A stretch of 64,000 nucleotides of DNA from Eremomyces bilateralis CBS 781.70 (taxonomy: Eukaryota): assembly GCA_010015585.1 (NCBI GenBank), contig ML975156.1. One strand, written 5' to 3'. Positions 49,030 through 60,475 of the stretch are shown piece by piece (the stretch's first letter is position 1; every line of letters begins with the position of its first letter). The notes below the pieces were generated by a model that worked only from the letters and a program-made list of their open reading frames with translations, made no database searches and was not told where the DNA came from. Both the position numbers and the translations under genes were made by a program.

Positions 49030-51331
49030 TCATGAACTTGATATAGCTACACGCAACGCCGTGGCGAGCCTTTGATACTCTTTCAACAGTTCGTCAATCT
49101 CCGCCACCCGCATATCCCGTGCATCCTTCAATTCAAGGAAGCGTTTCACCGGGGGAGGCGTCTTCTTGAGTTCTTCAATCGTAGCGATCGTTTTCAGCTC
49201 CTTGGCCGTGATCGATCTTTCTTCCGGGCTTAACTGCTTTCTCTGCTCTGGCGACGGCGTCACCGTAACTGACGGGCTTCCACTTGAAACCGTCCGCCCA
49301 AATATACCCATTCCTGTTAGACGGTTCAAAGGGTTGATAGAATTGCCAAAGTTGCGGACCGAATCGATCGCTGTACCTCCCGCGGGTTGTGGTGCGATAT
49401 ACCCCGATGTGGATCCTATGGTGGCCGACTCAGATACCGTTCGTGAGGGAGTCGCTTGTCTGCTATCGGCAAACGCGACCTTCTTGTTCGATCCCAAACT
49501 CCGCAAGCTGTCTGCGCTTCGGTCACGCATCTGCTGACGACCCCCAATCAGATCCAGGACCTTGCTATCCGATTTGGACCCTGCATCGTCGGGGATATCT
49601 TCTGTGTGCGAACTCGCTGCGCTGACGCTTGCGTCGTCCATATCGGATAGTGGTGAAGTGTTGACGAGCTTTCGGGCATCCTCAAGGGTCTTTGGGACGA
49701 TAATCGTCGTATCCTGTGAACTGTCGGCGTTTTGTTGCTGCTGCTGTTCCCGAAGTTTCCCAAAGAGGAATTTGAAGCTGTTCTCGAGGGTGGAGTTGAT
49801 GGTATCGATTCCTTTCTCCGCATTTTCGAGCACGGCGCCCCGAAGCGAATCGCTGGCAGCTTCCAACCGGTTGGTCTGAGACTGAATGAGCTGACTGAAG
49901 CGACGTGGAGGAGCACGACTGATGGGCGAGGATAATTGCTTTGCAAGTGACTCGCGAGCACCATCCTCATTGCCCACTGATGGATCGGCCGCAGGGGATA
50001 TCCCGAGTTTCATCGGGGTAAATGTTGCTTCGTTTCTCGGTGTCGAGGGTATGCTATTCACCTTTCCAGGCCCCTGTGGAACCTCGTCCGCTCGTAGAGA
50101 TGAGAGGTCGACCGTCTCCAGAAATGAAATTGCAGCCTCCAGATTTACAAGGCAATATGCGGCCTCGCCGTCGAGTTTGCTGGAGGAGCGGAATCTCTGG
50201 ATGAAGTTCAAATTGCTGATAACATTCAGAGACGCCGGTGGTGATATGATGAGCGTGTAGATCAAGGTTGGTAACACCTCGTCTGCGGACGATGTCGAGG
50301 GAAAGATCTTTGAAAGTGTTTCCACGATGCTCCTGTGCACTGCTGTAAGGTGTTGCAATTTGCCCAGGGGATATCTCTCCTCGTTCATCAGTTGAATGCT
50401 CTCCCGAGCGTTCTGTAGCCAGCCATTGATTTGGTCCTCCTCGGCGGCAGCCATCTGCATGGCCTCTTCAGGGACATTGTCTGCACTTACGAGCAGCTCT
50501 TTCAATCCAATCCCTACCAATGAAAGAGCGGCGGTCCTTGACCTTAACTTCTCATCTCGTTCCTCATCATCCGTGCTCCGATGGCGGTAGATTCGGTCGT
50601 AGACCTTTTCGCAAGCAGCTCGCTCGACCGTCTCTTCAAGTGCATTTTTCTTAAGCTCCAATAACTTCCTAGCCTTCCTCCTGTCGAATACTTCCGATGG
50701 AGTGAGCAGCTGCTGTTCTCCACTGCCTCCATTTTGAGATAAACTGCTACCACGAGATCTGCCCGCTCCAATACGGCTCAATTTGGAGCCTTTCGAGGAC
50801 GATGAAGGTGCAGGTGATTTGTCTCGGGAGATGCGCGAGGACAGGGTGGCTATATGGGTTGCAATTACAGTCTCAGCTTTGGAGTAGAAGTCCTGAAACA
50901 AGTCGGAGAGGGTGTCGGCAGAGGGCGGAGTGGGGTGAACTTTGGCCGACAAAGATTCTAGAAACCTGTAAGGTCAGCACGAGCTTGGGGGATAGGATAG
51001 TAAGATAGCCCTACCTTTCCGTAAGACTCCGGATCTCTATGGGTAGCTCTTCGAATGTTTGAGGAAACGCTACGGGAGGAGGGTCTTCCGCATCCGCTCC
51101 TTCATCTTGTGCGGTGTTAAAGACATCTCCTTGAGCATCACGCTCCTCCTCCTCCGGCGTTAGTACTGCTGCATTCTGCGGTAGCAGCTCCTTTGCCACG
51201 CTCGTCAACGTACTCGCGCGGCCTCGACTACGGGAACCATCGTCTGGAGACTCCAATCTGGTAAAGCTTTTGGAGTCGTTGAGTGTGTTCGGGCGCCTCA
51301 GAGGGGTATCGTGTGGATCGTCTTGCGACAT
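49030..51331 (-). CDS. VPS9-domain Rab5-family GEF (Muk1-like); intron 50966-51014
   Basis: ELPIEIRSLTER|FLESLSAKVHP, DEERDEKLRSR, SSADEVLPTLIY, GEAAYCLVNLEAAISFLE, C-terminal EIDELLKEYQRLA. Confidence 0.88.
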
Positions 51332-51856
51332 CCTGAGAAAACACTCGTGGTCTCCATCAGTGTGAAGGAAGAAGAGAAGGAGAAAAGCCAACAAGGGGCG
51401 GATCGGGTTGCAGATAAAGTCACGGAGTATGACCAGCTGTGGTGGTGTAATCACACGCCCAGTCTATCAAATGTCCATGTCACTTGCGGCTTGTGTTGCT
51501 GTTGCTGTTCTGGTTGAGTTGCACGTTGGTGCAGGTGAGGCAATAAGGCAACAAGGCATTAGTCTTTCTTAAAGGTCACATGCTCATATATCATGTGACT
51601 CAGACTCAGACTTAGGCTGTCAGGCCATGAGGCTCCAATATCAGGCAACAAAAGCCCGATCTCCGCCCCCCGCAATGGCGACAACTCACAGGGAGCTGCA
51701 TCCTCCTGGATGTTCTCGTGACAACATCATCGCCTTCCTACCGTTCCTATCGCCCTCTGCTATATCCTCCATATCAGCCACCTTGGCCATGTCTTCTGCG
51801 TTCTACGCAGGATGGCAGACATGCTTTATCCGTCGTCAACATTCCGATTCTCACGT

Positions 51857-53849
51857 ATGAGCTCGAAATCTGTGGTTATTTCACTTCTGCTCGCCGCAGC
51901 GGCCTGGTGCCCTACGGCCGCTCGGTTTACGGAACCTGGATCAGATACAGTACCCGGTTTTGCAGTTCTTCCGCCTCTCCCGAAGCCTGACCCACGAATA
52001 CAACATCCTGAGCATCTAGCTGCACAAGAGCATGAGTTTGTATGTGCTTCCACGAGATCAAGGCTTCCAGATGCACTGCTAACTTGGAATAGCGGCTCCG
52101 CCACGTCTTTCATCATGGGACGGACAACTACCCAAGACTTCATAGGAAACTAGACGTCCGAGAAGATACGAAAATCAAGGTTGCAGACGAAGATGGCAAC
52201 GTCAGTGAAGCGCCGCGATTGACCGCTCGGTCCCATGCGGTAACCATCCAGCGGCTCTCCGATCGATCTCCCCAAACAATCGATTCAATACTGGACAATG
52301 GGCGAATGACGGGGAGGGCAATGTCGCTGCCTGGCTCTGCATGGACAGTCGATGCGATGCCGGGTCCAAACGTGACGGACCAGGACACCGTATTGTCGTT
52401 CGCTCGGATGGCCTCCGATGCATATGTCGTGGACCCGAATGAAGGAAATTGGCAGGATGTGCACGGCGGATTCAATTTCTCGAATGAATTTGGTTGGCAG
52501 ACGGACGGGCTAAGAGGGCACATCTTTTCGGACAAGACCAACTCCACCGTGGTCATTGCATTAAAAGGAACCTGTAAGTTAACTGGGAACTTGGGACGGA
52601 CGAGTACTAACCGACCCCCAGCACCGGCCGTGTTCGATGGTTCAGAAACTACCACCAACGATAAAATCAACGACAATTTGTTCTTTAGCTGCTGTTGCGG
52701 CCAAGGGGGGCAGTACTGGTGGAAGCAGGTGTGCGACTGCCAGACCACCACCTACACCTGCAATTCGACGTGCGTTGTGGAGTCGTTAAGAGATCGCAAT
52801 CGCTATTATTATGCGGCGAAAGAGCTGTACGGAAACGTGACAGAGATCTATCCAGATGCCCAGGTTTGGATTGCCGGGCACTCGCTCGGCGGGGCGGTTT
52901 CCAGCTTACTCGGCCTGACGTACGGCCTTCCCGTTTTAACCTTCGAGGCTCCCGGCGAAGCATTGCCAGCTTCACGATTGGGTCTTCCGACGCCCCCTGG
53001 GTATACTGCTGGGTATCACCAGCGACGTGACATGACAGGTGGCTACCACTTTGGGCACACGGCCGATCCGATTTTCATGGGATCGTGCAATACAGCAGGC
53101 TCCTTCTGTACGATTGCGGGCTACGCAATGCAGAGCGTCTGCCACACGGGGCTCACCTGCGCCTACGATACCGTCGAGGACTTTGGCTGGAGAGTGGGTA
53201 TTGGAACTCATCGAATTCAATACGTCATCAACAATGTGCTCGAAAAGTACGACCATCCAGCAGAGTGCAAGCCTTACGCAAACTGTACGGACTGCTACAA
53301 CTGGGAGTACTTTGAGAGTCATCATTCAGACCCGGGGTCGTCGACTACCACGTCCTCTTCTTCAACTCAAACGAGGACACGGACACGGACCGAGACTTGT
53401 AAAACACCTGGATGGTGGGGATGCTTGGATGAGTCAACGACTACCACGACTACGACCTCGAGTACAACCTCGACATCTACGTCAACCTGCAAAACTGTAA
53501 GTTCTTCCACCCTCCCTTTGGTATATCCGACTCACCTTGTTAGCCTGGATGGTTTGGGTGCAAGGATCCGACGACAACGACAAGCACAACGACATTCGAA
53601 TCCAAAACAAAGCATTCAACAACCACTTCCACATCAACCTGTAAGACGCCGGGCTGGTTCGGCTGTCGGGATCCCACCAAAACGACCTCCCCTTTGCCTC
53701 ATGCTACTGCACCACCAATCACGCCAACACCGACGCAGCCACCGGTTGTGACGGAGACGAGCATCCCAAGAAAGTTACGTTGTATTCATCGGACGTGGTT
53801 CGGATGGTGTGTTGAGTGGGAGGAATGGGATCCTAGGCTAGAGCTGTAG
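51857..53849 (+). CDS. ATG15: Autophagy-related lipase Atg15; introns 52040-52092, 52574-52621, 53497-53543; start may be 51812
   Basis: [42 protein letters not shown], lipase [16 protein letters not shown]. Confidence 0.93.
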
Positions 53850-54357
53850 GGTCAACATCTAGAGCACGTAGACGCATCGGACTGGCGAATTTGGCATGAC
53901 ACTTGGGTTTATTTCTGACTCCACATGGGGTTAGTTGTTTCTATTATGCGGAGCGGTTTATGAAGCAAGCGGGGTTATACAACGGAGTGCCCCAGCTCCA
54001 TGCCATTACAAATTTATACCTCTCAATAAAGCATTCAATAAGCGCCTGAAGCGTTTCCGAGCCATCTCATCCTTGTGTTGAAGAGTTGGTCTCCTCCCAA
54101 AGACCTCAGGTACCTCGAAAATGCGAATTAGGAATGGTGCAATCCCAACGTGTTGCGAGAGACCGCCCTCTAGAGCAGAGGAATAAATATCAGAATGAAT
54201 TCGATCAATTGTGTCTTCGGAATAGCAACAGGAACAAATCCTTTATACAATGCGATCTAAACCTATAAACGTCCTATATTAAACTATGAGACCTAGATTA
54301 GTTATCATGACAATAAATCTATGCACAAAATCTACGTTGAACGATGCAGAAAATCTT

Positions 54358-55955
54358 CTATATCAGCGGCCATTTAGCCTTTACTTTCTCAGTTAACCCC
54401 GCGCGCTCCATTACTTCCTTTGCATGAATCGCCGCTTCAGACACGACAGCGTCCTCGTTCATTGTAATGAGCCTGCCCTTCTCGACCACAGTCTTGCCGT
54501 TCACAACGACTGTATCGACATCAGCCCCCGTGGCAGTATATACCACTGCCGAAACGGGACTGAAGAAGGGCGTCATCCTCACGCTCCTAGTCTCGATAGC
54601 CACAAAGTCGGCCTTCTTCCCAACCTCCAGACTCCCAATATCTTTATCGAGACCCAACGCCTTGGCACCCTTGATGGTCGCCATCTCCATGACCTCCTCG
54701 GCACTGACGACCGTCGGGTCATAGGTCACGGCTTTATGGACGATGCCGGCCATCTTCATCTCCTGTAGCAGGTCGTTCGTGTTGTTGCACGGCGCGCCGT
54801 CCGTTCCGAGTCCGATGTTCACGCCGGCCTTCAGCAGTTCGGGAACGCGTGCGATGCCGGACGCCAGCTTGGCATTGCTGGTCGGGCAGTGAGCGACGTG
54901 CGTGCCCGACTTGGCGAGCACGGCGATGTCGTTGTCGTCTAAGTGCACCATGTGGGCGAGCACCGTCTGTGGGCCCAGGAGACCGACAGAATCACAGTAG
55001 GTCATGGGGGTCAGGGGAGGGGAGAGGGAGGCGCAGAACTCGCGGTCTGCCTTGACTTCGGCGCAGTGCATAGTGATCGGGATAGACTTTTCGCGGGAGA
55101 GGGCGGTCATCTCTTTGTATAGGCCATCGGAGACACTGGCGAACTGTCAGCGGGTCTGATTTCTTGGAAGTTCGTTGAGACGTACCCTCCTGGCGTTCGC
55201 GCACCAAACCAGACCTTAATCCTTCCCTCTGCCTTCCCATCCCATTTCTCATGCATATCCAGAACCCCCAGCAGGCTCTGCTCCCGATTTTCCACCAACC
55301 CCGGATGCATTGCCCATGCCGGGTCTTTTGCATACTGACCGACATCCATGACGATCTTGCCCAAGCATCCTCGAATCCCCGATTCTTCCACCGCCTGAGC
55401 CAGGCCATCGAAACCGTACCGATTCGCAAACTATAGGCTAATAAGTCGATCTCAAGGAAATGGGGGGATGACCACGCGGAGTCTTTCGCTCCGCGGGACG
55501 TGGATGTTTAGCCTACCATGCTCTCTAAGAAGGTCGTCGTGCCGGACTTTAGCATCTCGGCGATGCTGATCCGAGCAGCGGCATAGCCGTCTTCAGGAGT
55601 GAAGTTGCCTTGCGCTACCCAGACGCGCTCGCAGAGCCAGCCAACGAGCTCATGGTCGTCTGCGGCACCTATGCGATGTTAGTAAAGTGAAAGTGCAGAG
55701 TTCCAGTTGTCCATGATCTGGTGAAGGGGAGGTACCTCTAAGCAGCGTCTGGGCTGTGTGCATATGAGTCGACACGAGCCCAGGGATGACGATTTTGCCC
55801 GACAGATCCGTAATGGGCTCGTCGGCATACTGGGCTCGAAGAGCGGTGGTCTTCCCGATGGCTTCAATGCGGGTGTCCTTGACCAATATTGCGCCATCGA
55901 GGATGATGTCGCGGGTGTCATTGACAGTGATGATGATGGCGTTGGTGTACAACAT
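54358..55955 (-). CDS. Metal-dependent amidohydrolase (guanine/8-oxoguanine/MTA-SAH deaminase, Atz/Trz superfamily); 4 exons
   Basis: [66 protein letters not shown]. Confidence 0.9.
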
Positions 55956-57277
55956 GTTGCTCAATTGAGTGGTGAGGTTCTACGGTAGCGCTTGCACAGA
56001 TTAGAAGAAGAAAATAATATCAATTCCCAGGCGACGAGATGTGTAGACTGTTCAGGAGGTAAGTATTTCGTACTGTACCAACAATGAATACTAAGAGTCA
56101 TAGATGTCAATAATAGTGTGCAGATATTATCCGATATCAGATTTCCGCCCTTACTAGACCGACGATAGACGGCGCCCTCCGACACCGTCCAACGAAAGCT
56201 CACATGTGAGGGGTATCACTCGCGCTCTCGTAGCGGCAGAACAGTAGCGCGCCCGACGCTCGAACCTATCCGCCTCGACAAATGAAAAGGCTTTAATTCA
56301 AAGAAGCTCCACGCCCGAAAAGCTTTTATTACACATTCAATCCAGTGATTCCATTTATTCTTATCTCTTGGCCGTTGGGCCTGGACGCCTTTGATACAGA
56401 TTACCTCCAGACTACAGAGAGAACCTCCTTACTTGGTAGTTGGTACCTAGTACTCTATACGAGTCTGCCGAGTGATAGTAGCCATTTCGATCGATACGAG
56501 CTCCTTCAGCCTTCTTCAACCTTCTGCCAATTATCATGCCAATGAGGCCATTTCCATGGATAGGAACCCGCCGACATGCCAACATCAGAATCGACTCGAC
56601 TGAAGGAGCTGTTGCCATCTGCTATTTCGTCCACCACGCGGTATACAACGACTTATGCACTATGGCACATGTCTTTTCCGGGGACAAGGAGCTGGGCCGC
56701 TGGGGAATCTGAATATATGATGCCATGATCAACATCTGCAGACCATAGTGGCACAATAGCACACAGCGTTGGACGCTGGGGAAGCTCTGTTGTTGCAACT
56801 AGTAGCGATCCCGCGCTTTTGCTCCACAATTTCAACCGCTTATCCCACAGTTCGCCTCGCATCCTGCACCTTGGGTCTAGAGCTAAACCTAACAACGGCT
56901 AGAGTCTGAGAAGCGAGAGGCTACATAATGTGATATGTCGTATCCCGGCATTCCCACACTTCTGCCACTCGTTGTCGGACCACCCCCGCCCAATGGTTGG
57001 GCGGTCGTGTCCCGTGGGAGACCCATATTAGATACCCAGGAAATTTTCCATGGGTCTTTGGATCATATCTTGGTAAGGGTTCTTGAATCTCGATATCTCG
57101 ATATCTTCTATCACCGTGGTGTTTATATATTGTCCCTCAGCCCGTTCTGTCATCAGGTCGTCGCGTCGTCTACTTTTTAGCTCGAAGCATTCTGCTTTTC
57201 CAGGCCTGCCCTTTAGGTTCATACCTACATCGCGACATTGACCACGAGAATTGGGTACCCCTTCCATATCAAGAGCA
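55956..57277. promoter_or_regulatory. Divergent promoter region with many GATA cores (candidate AreA/NIT2 sites)
   Basis: Clusters such as gatattatccgatatc (~56123-56138) and cgatatctcgatatcttctatca (~57091-57113). Function is inferred. Confidence 0.35.
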
Positions 57278-59294
57278 ATGGAAGAAGAAGGCCCTTCTCA
57301 GATTGTGGCACAAGGCCATAAGAAGAAGACTGTTGGCGACCGCCTGCGAGGAATTCGAAAAGCCTTCCTCACGAGGCATGGCCTCCTTGGCGACTACGAT
57401 TATGCATTTCTCTTCACCCCCAACATTCCGTTCTTAAAAAAAAAGCCGTCACCGGCGCCCTTCTTTGGATTGAATGACCATATGCCCGTCGTTTTGGCTC
57501 TGTTGTTGGGGTTGCAACATTCGTTGGCCATGTTGGCAGGTGTTATTACTCCACCCATCATTATCGCGGGCGCGGGGGGTGCCAACCTCAGTGGTGCCCA
57601 GCAGCAGTATCTAGTCTCTACCGCGTTGATCGTCTCGGGAATCCTGTCGATGATTCAAATAACACGATTCCACATATATAAAACCCCGTAAGTCAGTCTC
57701 TATTTTCTACCCCTCTGCGATTCTTGGCAATGGACGCTGTGGACTGGAGAGGAGTCGGGTTCATGGATTCATGTGCTTCGACCTTAGAGTGATGTCCATA
57801 CTTACATCTTGCCAGATACTACATTGGCACTGGCCTTATATCTGTCGTTGGCATTTCCTTTGCAATCATCCCGGTTGCGATGGGTGCATTCGCCCAAATG
57901 TACGAAAATGGCTACTGTCCGACTGCTGAGGACGGCACAAAATTACCCTGCCCTCAAGGGTATGGTGCGCTGCTTGGGACAGCAGCTTGCTGCTCCTTAA
58001 TCGAAATTTTGATCTCTTTCCTACCGCCAAAGATCATGCTGCGAATTTTCCCGCCTATCGTCACTGGCCCGACGGTCATGTTGATCGGTCTTAGCTTGAT
58101 CAGTTCTGGCATGAAGAATTGGGCCGGCGGTTCTGGAGACTGCGCTTCGATGCCTGAGACAGGACTTTTCAGTCTATGTCCGACTATCGACGCTCCCCAT
58201 GCCTTGCCCTGGGGATCCGCAGAGTTCTTAGGTACGTGATAAGCCCATCATGGAGATATATACATAGATTACTCTCGCTAATGCTTGCTTCAGGCCTTGG
58301 ATTTTCGGCTTTCGTAACCATCATCCTTTGCGAACGTTTTGGATCGCCCATCATGAAATCCACCAGCGTTATTTGGGGTCTTCTTACCGGCTGTATTATA
58401 GCGGCAGCCACAGGCTATTTTGATCGGTCCGGTATCGATTCCGCCCCAACGGCTTCATTTATTTGGGTGGAGACCTTCCCGCTCTCTGTTTATGGACCGC
58501 TGGTTCTTCCTCTCTTGGCTATCTACATTATTTGCGCTTGTGAAACGATCGGTGATGTTACGGCGGCGTGCGATGTGTCGCGGCTCGAAGTGGAAGGCCC
58601 GATGTATGAATCCCGCATCCAGGGCGGTGTCCTGGCAGACGGCATCAACGGAACGCTGGCGGCACTCATGACGATAACGCCTATGACTACTTTCGCGCAG
58701 AATAACGGGGTCATCGCGCTCACTCGATGCGCCAACCGGAAGGCTGGTTATTGCTGCTGGTAAGTCAACGTCCACCTATCGACTATTCTCTGAGTCTCAC
58801 CTAACAAATACGCCAGCTTTTTCCTTATCATCATGGGTATTTTTGCAAAGTTCGCCGCCTCCCTGGTCGCCATTCCATCGGCCGTCCTGGGTGGCATGAC
58901 GACCTTCCTTTTCTGCGCCGTCGCGGTCAGCGGAATCGCGATCATTTCCACAGTTTCATTTAACCGCCGTAACCGCTTCATCTTGACCGCCGCGCTTGCG
59001 ATCGGCTACGGCGCGACCCTAGTACCGGAGTACTTTGCGCACGTGTTCACCTATCAAGGCGATAACCGTTCACTGCTTGGTTTCCTCAACGCGATTGAAC
59101 TGGTTATGGAAACCGGATTCGCTGTTACGGCGTTCATTGCCATGATCCTGAACCTGGTGATTGAGCCGGAAATCGAGGATACGGGGGCGGAAGTCCGTGG
59201 AAGCTCTGGGGACCGGGAGTCCGTTGAAGTTGAAAGCGTGCGTGACACATCGAAGAAGCCAGAATCTAGTGAGAAAGGCGAGAAGAATGTGTAG
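57278..59294 (+). CDS. uapC: NAT/NCS2 uric acid-xanthine permease (UapA/UapC family); introns 57688-57814, 58232-58293, 58760-58817
   Basis: LLGDYDY, LGLQHSLAM, ETIGD, NAT signature FAQNNGVIALTRCANR, FNRRNRFIL. Confidence 0.93.
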
Positions 59295-59702
59295 ACATGT
59301 ACTCTATATTATGTTACCATCTCACATCTGATTTATTAATCTGGCTCTGAATAGTCCATTCATGATAATCATTCATAACCCACTGGCTCTGAATATGGAC
59401 CGCCATAGGACCCAGGCCCTGAAGAGTGGCCGCAGTGATTACATGATGTTTCACAGGTGGTTGCACGTGACAAAGGGTCTGCGGAATAAAATGTTTGTGC
59501 CTAAGGCAGTAACCAAACCCCCGCGACCGCCGCCCCTCTCCCGCTGAAACAGATTTCCTCCGCATTAGAAATCTTCAATGTGTCGACCGCCTTCGAATCG
59601 ATAAGCAATCTACAGTTCAATCCTCCCCTCCCATCCACAGCAGCTTAAAGTCCCTCATATAAACCATATATATCACTCACCACTATCCTCTTAACCGCAA
59701 AC

Positions 59703-60070
59703 ATGCCGTCTGGACAAGGAGGTTAGTCTCCAGTTATCCGCACCCTGATCTACATCAATGGCTGATTTTGGTGGGTTTAATACAGCTGGCACGAACCCGA
59801 TCCACAACAAGAAGGCCAAGAAGGAGAAGCGCGAGGAAGATGACGACGACAAGGCACACAAGGAGAAGATGAAGGCTGGTACGTCCGCGAAATCCCTTCC
59901 GCCAACCGCAAGAGCCACGCCCTACTAGGGGTGCGGCCTGGGAAGAATATGTTCGACTGACAGGTTCATTCGTAGATGCCAAAGCTCGCGCCGACATGGC
60001 GAAGAACGCCGGAAAGAAGGGCCCAATGAACACTGGACAACAGGGCATTAAGAAGTCTGGCAAGAAATAG
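59703..60070 (+). CDS. TMA7: Translation machinery-associated protein 7; 3 exons; absent from the ORF track
   Basis: Spliced MPSGQGAGTNPIHNKKAKKEKREEDDDDKAHKEKMKADAKARADMAKNAGKKGPMNTGQQGIKKSGKK; characteristic KGP..G..GIKKSGKK end. Confidence 0.88.
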
Positions 60071-60475
60071 AGAGAATGCCTCGGCGGGTATGGTGGCGAC
60101 TACGAGATATCCAATGCATGAGTTTACGGGCAAAGCGAGTGGTGATTAGGAGCATATTTCCTTTTCCAGTGTTGCTAGCTTGTGAGTATGGTATTGACCT
60201 CAGAAGCATTGAAAGTATCGAATTAAACACTAGAATCCAAATTCGCTGGACATTGACTAATCGTGAGTCGGATCCTCCAACAGGAGTAGCCTAAGGGTAT
60301 CCGACTGGACAATCCACTTCAACCACCACGGTGGTTCTGCCCGAGTGTAGGAGTGTATATAAATACGGCGCCCACCTTGCCTGTCGATAGGATCGGAATG
60401 TTGCCCAAGGTCGCTTCCATGTACCTCAGCGCGAATGTTCCCTCGACCTTCTCTACGGACTTTCCATACTCGCCT

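Noticed and set aside
56975..56988. TCGG..CCG as a UaY purine-induction site upstream of the permease
   Set aside because: Spacing is CGG-N7-CCG, not the TCGG-N6-CCGA consensus.
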